From NCBI GenBank assembly GCA_965644315.1, contig CBFFRQ010000006.1, positions 1 to 64,000 on the forward strand: a stretch of DNA of 64,000 nucleotides, given 5' to 3'. Shown piece after piece: positions 50,488 through 59,818 of this stretch (positions are counted from its first letter, which is position 1; each line of letters starts with the position of its first letter). The translations under genes and the position numbers were made by a program. Under the pieces are notes generated by a model. That model had not been told where the DNA came from. It ran no database searches and saw nothing but the letters and a program-made list of their open reading frames with translations. Source of the stretch: Caecitellus pseudoparvulus. Its lineage: Eukaryota > Protista > Bigyra: Bicosoecida.

Positions 50488-51687
50488 TCACCACCCCCGC
50501 CCCCCACGCTGCATGGCTGCAAGCTTCCTGGCTCGCATGGCTGCCAAGTCAATGTCGCCGCTCTGCAGAAGGGAGGTGAGCCCCCCCATGCTGCGAGCCG
50601 GAGGGGGGGCTGTGCCTCCAGACGGTGCTGGTGACGTTGGCGCGGCAGGTGGTGTGGGGGCGGTGGCGGGGGCCTGAGTGCCACCTGCCGCTGCTGAGGC
50701 TGGTGCCGCCGGCAACGCAGGGCTCAACGCACCAGCGCCAGACTGTGAGCCAGGAGGTAGGGACGCAGGGCTGGCCAGGGCCGGCGTGGCCTCGGCGTCC
50801 TCATCCTCCTCAGCTGCTGCGGTGCTGGAGGGGAGGCTGTGAGGGGTGTGTGAGGCAACTGGCGGTGGGTTCGTGGCGCTTGGCGCTGCCGCGGGTTGCA
50901 GGCCTGGGAACCAGTACACCTCCAGACGCTGCCCCGAGGGCGCTATGGTGAGGTCCAGCCACGCCAACTCTTCCTCCAGCAGTGCCACGAGCGCACTGCG
51001 GGCACGGGCCGCTGTCCAGCCCAACGCCGACGTCACGTTGGCGGTTGTGAGGCGGGCTGGGCAGCTGGTGAGGGAGGGGGTGGGCGGCAGCGTCACGGCG
51101 CCGTCTGCGACCCCGGCGCCGCGCTGGAGCGCCAGGTCCAGCACAGTGGCGGTGTCCTGGGACAGGCCTTGCTGGGTGCCCACCAGGTACCGCTTGCCAG
51201 CCAGGGTGGTGAGGGTGATGCCTTGGCCCAGGGGTGCGAGGGCTTCCAGAGCACGCTGCACGTCGTCCACCGTCACTGGCGACGCGTGGGCGCCGCGCAG
51301 GCGAGTCAGGCGGTGCATAGCCTCTGGCAGGGGCAGCAGCGCTCCGGTTGTCTGCCGCGCAGCCATGCACACATCCACCACCTGCACGCCGAGGGCGAAG
51401 TAGAAGTCGCCCATGCCGAGGAGGCGCCCCCAAGAGGCCTTGTTTGAGGCAAGAGGGTCCACACCTGCAGCCGCACAAGCCACTGCGAAGTGCCGCCTGA
51501 ACTCTGCATCTGCGTTGATCTGCTTGCGGTACTTGGCCGCGAACTTGGACAGGGAGTCCTGCAGCACCTCTGCTTGCTGCTGCAGGTGCGCGAGGTCTGC
51601 CTCGGCGATCTCGGCGCCGAATTGGGACACGCCTTCGTCATGCGCTTGCGCGGACAGCAAGGATGCGGCGCCGCCGTGCTTCCACAT
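50488..51687 (-). CDS. SNF8: ESCRT-II subunit VPS22/SNF8 (EAP30 domain) with a Pro/Ala-rich C-terminal extension
   Basis: FAAKYRKQINADAEFRRHF...GVDPLAS.K..W..LLGMGDFYFALGVQVVDVC, DDVQRAL..L.PLG.G and LGW...RA..AL..L..E.LAWLD...YWFP. Confidence 0.9.
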   Translation of the reverse strand: MWKHGGAASLLSAQAHDEGVSQFGAEIAEADLAHLQQQAEVLQDSLSKFAAKYRKQINADAEFRRHFAVACAAAGVDPLASNKASWGRLLGMGDFYFALGVQVVDVCMAARQTTGALLPLPEAMHRLTRLRGAHASPVTVDDVQRALEALAPLGQGITLTTLAGKRYLVGTQQGLSQDTATVLDLALQRGAGVADGAVTLPPTPSLTSCPARLTTANVTSALGWTAARARSALVALLEEELAWLDLTIAPSGQRLEVYWFPGLQPAAAPSATNPPPVASHTPHSLPSSTAAAEEDEDAEATPALASPASLPPGSQSGAGALSPALPAAPASAAAGGTQAPATAPTPPAAPTSPAPSGGTAPPPARSMGGLTSLLQSGDIDLAAMRARKLAAMQRGGRGW

Positions 51688-52153
51688 GGCGAGTGAGTGA
51701 AGTCGAAACGCTGCTGAAACAGCCGAAGCACGTTGACTTCAGCTAAGCCCCTCAAAGCACTGCGTGACGAGCCGCTTGCCTGGCGCTGGAATGCTGGACT
51801 ATCCTTCACGTTGTAAGTTTGTGAAGGGTTGTGTGGCAGTGTTCATTCTGTGCGTGACAAGGAGAGCGGCTGTGTGGGTTGCTTGGCTCTGGACAGGAGC
51901 CTACGGGCAGCGAAAGTTGCCTGGCAGACTTGGCACATTATTATATTCCTGCTTCTTGCAACTGCTTCATTCCTCTCATCGACAGCAACTCCGCCTTCAA
52001 CGTTCAGGCAGCTGTGAGGCGGTCCAGCTCCAGAGCCACTCGAGCCGTCTGTGTGGAGCAGCGCAGTTTAGCGTCGAGAGGGCGCGAGCACAAGTGGAAG
52101 GGCAGTCTGTCCATTTGTTTCGCTGCTTCAGACTCCATAGGCTCCCTTCTGCG

Positions 52154-55100
52154 ATGGCGCTGCAACGGCTGGCACGCGCCGCTCGGCGGCTGGCGCATTT
52201 TCCGCACTCCAAACAAGTCCGCCCTCACCTTGCGGCAACCATGCAGATCCAAACTGCAGCAACTGTGTCTGAAGACGACCCTCAGTTCTTGGCTGGGCTG
52301 GCACGCGTTGTAGCTGCGCAAGTGTCCAGTTCTGCGGAGCATGGCTCAGGCAGCGTGCCGCTTCCGGCACTCACTGCTGTGCTGGGCAGCCTGGCAGCAG
52401 TGCCACGGCCACGCGCTGCGTCGGGGGTGGAGTCACACCTGCTGCACCCCTTTGCGCTGCTCATGGCGTCCTCCCTGCCCCCCTCCACGCTGCTCGACGT
52501 CGCAGAGCTCCTGCCTGTGCCAGCTGTCCTGAATCTGCTCCGCGCAGCACCCGACCGAACGGCACTGGAGCTGGCCCGAGGCCTGGCGTCCTCCCTGCCC
52601 CCCTCTGCCCTGCACCGCAGCCCTGCCTTGCTCACCTGGGCCGTCCTGCGAGCGGTGGAGGCTGACCAGCTCACCCTGGCACGCGCCTTGCTGAGGCGGT
52701 GGGCCGTGTCCCCCCCCTCACAGCCAGGCGAGACACGGACCGCACCCCCCCTGCCCTGGGATGCTGTGCGAGTGCTGTTCACGGCCCGCGTGGCCAAGGG
52801 GGACATGTCTGCGCGGTGGCTGCTGGGCGACTACGCCGCCTCCCAGCCCCGCGAAGTGCTGCTCAGCCCGTTGAAACTCCTATCCAGTACCGCCCAGGCA
52901 CTGACCACGCAAGTCGTTCGCAGCACAGCTCCACGGGAGCTCCAGGCGCCTGCCGCCGCCGCCCTGCTGCGGTCCATCCCCACGCTGGCCATGGCTGACG
53001 TCTCAGCGCCAGGCCATGCCCCAGGCAGCGTCGGCTGGCTTCAGGCGCTGGGTGCAGGTGCTGCCCACGCCCTGCCTGGGCGTCTGGTGGAGCCGCCGAC
53101 CCTCGTGACGCGAACCCTGACCGCACAAGACGTGACCTGCCCCGCCCAAATCTACACAGCCGTCTGCACGGCCGTGGCAGACGAAGTGTACCGCCTGTCC
53201 ATGCGCCAAAGTGCGGCAGACGCCCGTGTGGCAGACAAACGCTCGCCCCTGCCCGCCACAGCCAGCTTGCCACAGGGCATTCGACGCGACACGGCAGCAC
53301 GAGGGGCAGTGCCGTCGTCAGCCCTGGGCGGGGGTGACGTCTCTCCGCCCTTCCATAAGGCGTACAGTGCGTGGGCCAAGGCACTGGCTTCGCTGCCAGA
53401 CACCGCCACGGCCCAGAAGGCTGTTCTGCGTAACACCGCCCCGGCAGAGTGGCCCGCATCTCGTGATGCGGCGCTGATTGGCAGCATTGCGCCAGGGGAT
53501 GCGTTGTTGGATGAGGTGTGGGGGGGTGCCGCTGGGCTGCGGTGGGGCCGGGAGGGGGCCCCTACCCCCCCCTATGCCGCCCCCCCCCGGCAGTGGAGTG
53601 GACACCACTACTACCCCGTGGACCTGGGTCATGACGGGTGCAAGTGGGCCCGGGCGGGGGGAGTGGACCTGGGGCACGCCTTGCGAGCCATGGTCGCCTT
53701 GTGCGACCTGGGCTTCCACGGCACCGTCGCTGGCATGTGGCGCCTGCTGCGGAGCCGAGCTGTGGGCGGCATTGGCGGGTGGGCCCTGGGCACACCCCCC
53801 ACGCCCCACCTTTCCCAGGCACTCGTGCCGCACCTCCTCACGCTGTGGGTGAGCCAGCTCCGCTCCAGTGCGGCAGAGGTGCAGGGGCTGGGTGGGGGGG
53901 GTGGGTCGGAGCCCCCCTCCACCCCCCTCCACCCCCTCCTCCTGGCTCGCAGCCCTGCCCCTCAAGACGCGTGTCGGGCGGGTCATGTCCGAGGCACGGC
54001 AGCTGGGCCCACTCCTTCGCTCTGCTGTGGCTGCGAACGTCCCCGGCGTGGCCCCCGCCGCAGTGGCCCTCCTGCACACCCTCGTGGCGCTGGGACACGG
54101 CAGTGCTGGGCTGGAGGTGCTGGCAGCCTGTGTGCGCGGTGTGCGCGAGGGGCAGGAGGGGGTGGCTGACGCCTCTGATAGACATGCCCCCCCACCACCT
54201 GTGTCCCTGGTGTCCCTCGTACAGAGCATGGCGGCTGAGGCGCAGCAGAGGGCGGCTGGAGCACGGTCACCGCTCCCAGCGCCCTGCTGTGTGCCTGGTC
54301 GGGGCAAGATGTCGCACTGGGCGCCGTGTGCGCCACAGTGTGCCAGTGCGGCTGCCTTGGCGAGCGACGCGGGGCTCCCACCACCGGGGTGCGTGGCGCC
54401 ACCCGGTTGGGAACGACGAGAAGGCAGTGACTTTGGCCCAGCAGATGCCTGGGCGCCAGGAGGTGAGCGGTGCAGGCGCCTGACTCTGAGTGGGTTCGAG
54501 GGCGGCACGGTGGGCCTGGGCGGTGAGAGCACTGCTCTGGTGCTGTCACGGGCTATGCGGAGTGTCGTGCGCCAACTGGCGCTGCCTGCCGCCACAGACG
54601 TCCGCGCAGCCGCTGCCCACCTGCACCTGCCGCTGCTGCTGCACAGTGGCGCCCATGCGGCCAAGGCAGCAGGTGCAGGGGGGGATGCCTTGGTCGGGTT
54701 CGAGGCTGCTGGCGGCTCAGTGGCCATGGCAGGCTGGCCGCTGCCTCGAGACACGCCCAGCGGCACCGTCGTCGCTGCACTCCTGCAACAAGCCGGCCGC
54801 GGGGAGGGACACCCCTCGCCGCTGACCCTGCCGGTGACTCCTCTCTGGTCCGCTGACTTCAACGCCGCAGTGGCGCCACCCCCCTCCCTGGAGCTGCTGC
54901 CACCTGTGCTGGAGCTGGGGAGCCGTGTCCAGCACCTTCCCGGCATGCGCAGTCCCCTGCACAGCGTGCTCAACAGCGGCATCAAGGCCGCCCTGGGAGC
55001 TGGGCAGACTGACGTCGCCCTGGCCATGTTGCGTGCCGCCTTGGCGCTGGGCAGGGGACGGCCAGGGGGGCAGCACGGCGGCGTCCGCATGACCATTCGC

Positions 55101-55625
55101 CACGTGCCGCCAGTGGAGGCTGCTGTCTGCCACGGGCTGACGTACGCCTGTTTGCGGGAAGGGCGGTGGGTGGACGCCTTCGAGGCGCTAGTGGTAACGC
55201 TCATCCACGCCCTGCCGCACTCCGACACGCGGGTGGATGCGAAGGGCGTGCTGGCGTCCATTGGCAACGTGCATGGACAAGAGGCAGCTGTCGCAGCAGC
55301 AGTGCGGCACGGACCCCTGCCCGGCATGTCGCAGCCCTCTGCAGCGGCAGTAGTGCATTTTGTGGCGGAGCGGGTGCAGGAGTCGCTGGAAGTGTCGGGC
55401 CCCGCAAGTGACGCTGCCCGCAACGCATTCGGAGCGGTGAGGCAGCGCCTGGAGGGAGCATTCGGGTCTGAGCCCCTTGCTGCTGCAGATGCAGTCGTGA
55501 GCTCGCTGGTGGAGCTGCATGAGGCGAACCTGGCTCGGGCATGGGAACGGCATGCGTTTTCCGAGGCCGGCGACAGCCTTGCCGCGGACGAAGCGGCAGC
55601 GTACGCAGATATCCTGGACGAGTAA
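52154..55625 (+). CDS. Large Ala/Leu-rich alpha-helical protein with degenerate PPR-like repeats, probably organelle-targeted
   Basis: Transit-like start MALQRLARAARRLAHF. Two long ORFs can be joined by an intron near 53850-53966. PPR-like helices VLNSGIKAALGAGQTDVALAML and CHGLTYACLREGRWVDAFEAL. Confidence 0.55.
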
Positions 55626-55652
55626 AATGCACGGCATGGCGGTTGATGTGCA

Positions 55653-57794
55653 TTACCCCCTCCCAAGCGTGCTGAGGTGTGCGGTGGACGCAGCTGCCTT
55701 GCGTTGTCGGGCTTGCGCCTCCCACAGCCCTGGCTCCAGGCGGCTTAGCAGCAGTCGCAGCTCAAGCTCAGCGGCAGCTGCTTCGTCCGCCTCCATGTCA
55801 CCGCCTGCTAGACGCGCCTGCACGAGTTCCAGAGCGGCCTTGACGTCGGAGATGTCGGCCGCCAGCGAAGAAATGTCTTGAGCCGCTGCCGCCGCGTCAT
55901 AGGCCGCGTGCTTCGTCAGCGCGTCCTGTTCAAGGCGCGCGAGCGCGGCTGGCGACTGCTGCATGGCACCATCCAAGGCTGCAAGTAGCGTGGGATGGGC
56001 GCTCACCAGTGCAGCCCGGTCACAGGCAGCTGGAGACTTGTACTCTGCCGAGCTTGGTCGACGCGTCGCAGGGTCCGCCACCCACTGCAGCACACCAGCG
56101 GATAGCAGCCCATGCACATAGGGCGCAATGGCAGTCTCGTCACCTGCTGGGTGCACCTTTTTACAGTGTACAAGGAGGCTCATGAGGTGCTGTGGGCCGT
56201 GCGTCGCGGTCCCCGGCCCGCCCAGCATGTCGGTGCGGCTGCCGGCAATTGTCTGCAGCACCAGCAACGCGACATTTGCAGCCAGCAGGGTGTCTGGAGT
56301 GCGGCTGGACGGAGGGGGCAGCGCAGTGCCTGTGAAAATGTCGTGCAGATTTCCTTCTGCCACGTGCAGCACTCCCGCACATGCGTCGTGCAGCGCAGAC
56401 GCTGCTTCTTCCGTCCGTGGCACGTTGGGCTTCTGCTGTTGTGGTTGTTCCGCCTTCTCTGAGGGATGGTCCTGACTGGGCGACTTTTCTCGTGGCTCTG
56501 ATGTGGTCTGGGCTTCCCCTTCATCCTTTGCCTGCTGCAGCAGCAACAAGGCCTGTGCGGCATCCAGAATGCCCCCGACAACGCCAGCCCGACCACCCGC
56601 GACGCGGTTCACCGCAGTGGCCGCAGCTTTGGCTGCCGCTGGCTCAGGCGCCTCTCCTGCGACGTGGGTCATCCATGTCTCTACAGCTTCAGATACCTGC
56701 TCCGCTGTCAAGTCTGTGCAGCGCAGGACTGCTGTGCGGGACCCGCGGGGAGCGTGCACGGCCGGCGGCTGCGTCGACAGTAGGGCGCTGGCCCACTGCA
56801 ATTCATGCAGCAAGTGGGCCCACGCCCACACCATTCGGCCCACCATCTCGCTGTGCGAGAGATGTGCGCGAAGTAGCGCATCTCGCAGGTCTTGGGGTGG
56901 CAGTGGAGGCGCTGAGGCTAGTCCTTCACTGCCAGAGCCCAAAATGCCGATGGACGGCGTGGGGTCAGCTGGATCGCCGTGTGTGGCGGGGCTGGGTTGG
57001 GTCACTGCCACGGTCGCTGGGCCCTGCTCGGGGCGCACGGCATCCTGAAGGACAGCTGCAAGCAGGGCCACCACCAGCGAAGCCACCCCAGCATCTGCCT
57101 CGTCGCTGCACTCTGCAGCGTTCCACAGCTGCAGCGCTTGTGCGGCTACTTTGTTGGCCTTGAAGCCAGAGTTGGGGTCCAGGCAAAGTGGCGGGGAGTC
57201 GGAAAAACACACATGCAGTAAGGTGTACGGAGTATTCGATGCTTCGGAGTCATGCCCTCTTGCGTTGCACAGCGCTGCTGTGCACAGCAGCAGTGACTCC
57301 GCCAAATTCGCCAGCTGCGGCGATGCCGCCTGCACTGCAGCCGCATCCACGCCCCACTCAAGGCCATGGATGTGCATGGCTGTGGCGAGGGCATGCGGAT
57401 CAAGCTCAGGGTGCTGTAAGTCGACTCCCACTTTCTGCAACCAATGCCTCGCGCGGAGTGTTGACGCTGTGGTTTCCTGCTGCCGACGCAAATGAGACAA
57501 ACTGGGCGGCAAGGTACACACCCCACTTGAGTCAACTTGAAGCGAAAGCAGATCCACTGTACGCGCTGTATCAGAGACAGGGGATTCTGAGGGCGGCTCT
57601 TCAGCCTCTGCTGGGCCAGGCAAGGCCGGCAACGACGCGGTGGGCAGCTGGTCTGGGTACGCTGCATGAACCAGCACAGCGTGTGGGGCTTGCAGCACAG
57701 GGGTAAAGAATGCTGCGTCAACGGGGTTGGCGCTGAGACGACCCGCGATAGTAGTTCCGTCCACTTGCTGCACGGCGCTCTGAGATGCGGCCAT
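55653..57794 (-). CDS. Hypothetical protein (713 aa)
   Basis: Long ATG-initiated ORF with host-like Ala/Leu composition, convergent with the neighbouring gene; no family recognised. Confidence 0.65.
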   Translation of the reverse strand: MAASQSAVQQVDGTTIAGRLSANPVDAAFFTPVLQAPHAVLVHAAYPDQLPTASLPALPGPAEAEEPPSESPVSDTARTVDLLSLQVDSSGVCTLPPSLSHLRRQQETTASTLRARHWLQKVGVDLQHPELDPHALATAMHIHGLEWGVDAAAVQAASPQLANLAESLLLCTAALCNARGHDSEASNTPYTLLHVCFSDSPPLCLDPNSGFKANKVAAQALQLWNAAECSDEADAGVASLVVALLAAVLQDAVRPEQGPATVAVTQPSPATHGDPADPTPSIGILGSGSEGLASAPPLPPQDLRDALLRAHLSHSEMVGRMVWAWAHLLHELQWASALLSTQPPAVHAPRGSRTAVLRCTDLTAEQVSEAVETWMTHVAGEAPEPAAAKAAATAVNRVAGGRAGVVGGILDAAQALLLLQQAKDEGEAQTTSEPREKSPSQDHPSEKAEQPQQQKPNVPRTEEAASALHDACAGVLHVAEGNLHDIFTGTALPPPSSRTPDTLLAANVALLVLQTIAGSRTDMLGGPGTATHGPQHLMSLLVHCKKVHPAGDETAIAPYVHGLLSAGVLQWVADPATRRPSSAEYKSPAACDRAALVSAHPTLLAALDGAMQQSPAALARLEQDALTKHAAYDAAAAAQDISSLAADISDVKAALELVQARLAGGDMEADEAAAAELELRLLLSRLEPGLWEAQARQRKAAASTAHLSTLGRG

Positions 57795-58443
57795 GGAGGG
57801 GGCGATGCAGTGCGTGGTTCGCCGCGTTTCATGGCGAAACTCTCACCTGCAGGCTTGGGGCTGAGACGGGGTGAGATGTGAGCCAGTGCAAGCCATAGGC
57901 ACCCACACAAGCAGTGCTGGCCATGCCTATACCAAGAACATGCTTAGTTCCGAAGCGGACAGCCATGTTTCCACGCCCCAGGCGACGCGAAGGAGGAAGG
58001 GTGAGCTTGTGCTTGGATAAACCAGGCGTTCTGCAGGAGGCAACAAAAGTTTGGGCTGGCCTTGCGCACAATTCAACATGAGCGGTTAAAAAACTTGAAA
58101 CAAAGCACAGATAATATCAGGCCATACTTTTCTCTCAGGAGCTTGCTTCCTTTGGATTTGTTCCTTCGCCCGTCTGGTACGTGGTGCCGAAGTTCGGTGG
58201 CCAAACTCCGCACAGCCCTGCGATCCGTGGCCAAGAGAGCACACGGAGCTTCCACATTGATGCCCAAAGCACTCCCTATACAGACATTCGCAACCATGCT
58301 CGCACGTTCAGCTGCAGCTGCTGCGAATGCGGCTGGAACCTTGACGAGGTAGGTGACGTGGCGTGGTGGTCCTTACTTGGCGTTTGACTGGTGCGCCACA
58401 CACCGCGCTTTGTCACAGGTCGATAGCTCACCAAGCTCGGGGC

Positions 58444-59570
58444 ATGGCGACTTTGGGCAGCGGTCTCGGAAAGCCTGGGACTGCATTTGACGAGAGGGAC
58501 CTTACGGACCGTGTTTGCCTCGTTACAGGTGTGTGAAGGCGTGGTGGCGAGTGCTGCATCTTCAAGCTCTTCGTGAGACCTGGACCTGTGCCTTGCCCCA
58601 TTCCAGGCGCCAATCGCGGCATGGGTCTAGAGCTCACCAAAGCCCTGGCTCAACGGGGCGCCCGGGTCATCGCCGTGGGCCGTGACACGGACGCAGTGAA
58701 AGCGGCCGCGGAAGGCATCGTTGGCACACGACACAGGTGCGTGGTGAGAGCGCCACTGGAACAGACAAGGGGGACGAAAGTCCTGGCCTGGGCAGAAGCA
58801 TGTGCTACACAACCCCTTCTCCCTATACTTTCCACCGCAGAGTTGACGGGCGGACAGCAGACTGCAGCAACCGCCACAGCATCAAGGCGCTGATGCGGGG
58901 CGTGGCTGAGGACTACGGCCACATTGAGAGCCTGGTGCTGAACGCCAGCATCATGCCGGGCTTCCACCAACCAATCCTGGACTGCCCCGATGAGCTGGAG
59001 GAGGCCACCTTCCGCACCAACGTGGAGGGCTACTGGTGGTGTGTTAAGTACGGCTTGCCGCTCCTGCTGGCCGCCCCCACTGACTTTGAACGCACCGTTC
59101 TCTTCGTCTCCGGACTGGCTGGCGCACTGGAGAAGCCGCCACCCGGCCTCGGCATGCTCGTGTACAGTGCCACCCTGGCTGCCGAGAACGGCCTCATGGT
59201 GCGCCTGCACCAGGAAATGGTGGACGGGAACAAACCCGCCGCCGACCTGCGAGGAAGCTCCGACGCCAAAGACATGTTGCAGCGCGTCGTCGCAGTGCAC
59301 CCTGGTATTGTTGCCGTGCGTAGTGCCGCCCCTGTGCTTTGTTGCTCAACCGCCAAGTGCGTCGTAGCTCCTTGTCCCCCTCCCCCGCAGACTGGCCTCG
59401 GCCGCGAAACACTGGAGGGCACTCTGCCAGAGCTGGAAGCAAAGAAACGCAGCATGGGCATGATCACCGCAGAGGAGGGCATCGACTCCCTCGTCTGGCT
59501 GCTGGCAGCCCAGGACGGGGTCGTGCAGAGTGGCAAGTTCTACGACCAGCGTGCAGTCATTCCGTTCTGA
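58444..59570 (+). CDS. Short-chain dehydrogenase/reductase (carbonyl-reductase-like) with an atypical active site, multi-exon
   Basis: Spliced VCLVTGANRGMG Rossmann motif, GHIESLVLNAS, FRTNVEG, VVAVHPGIV.T and GKFY. The YxxxK motif reads YSATL. Confidence 0.82.
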
Positions 59571-59818
59571 ATGCAATGCAGACGAGTTGATGATGCGTTT
59601 GAAGCAAGCATTACAATTATCTTGTTTGTACGGCATGCCATGACCAGAGATCGCGGCCAGTCCACCGCATCTGTTCATGAGCGGAGAGAGGCAAGTGTAC
59701 CGCTCATTTGTCGCCATCCGCCTCTGAAGGATAATCGCTTGCATTCACGGACGACCCAAGCTCTGGGCGATGAACCAGGCGCGCTCCGAGAAGTCACTGC
59801 CTGAAAACATGCTGCACC

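Noticed and set aside
53318-55666. 782-aa minus-strand ORF
   Set aside because: Antisense to the PPR-like gene, with shadow-ORF composition and no recognisable motifs.
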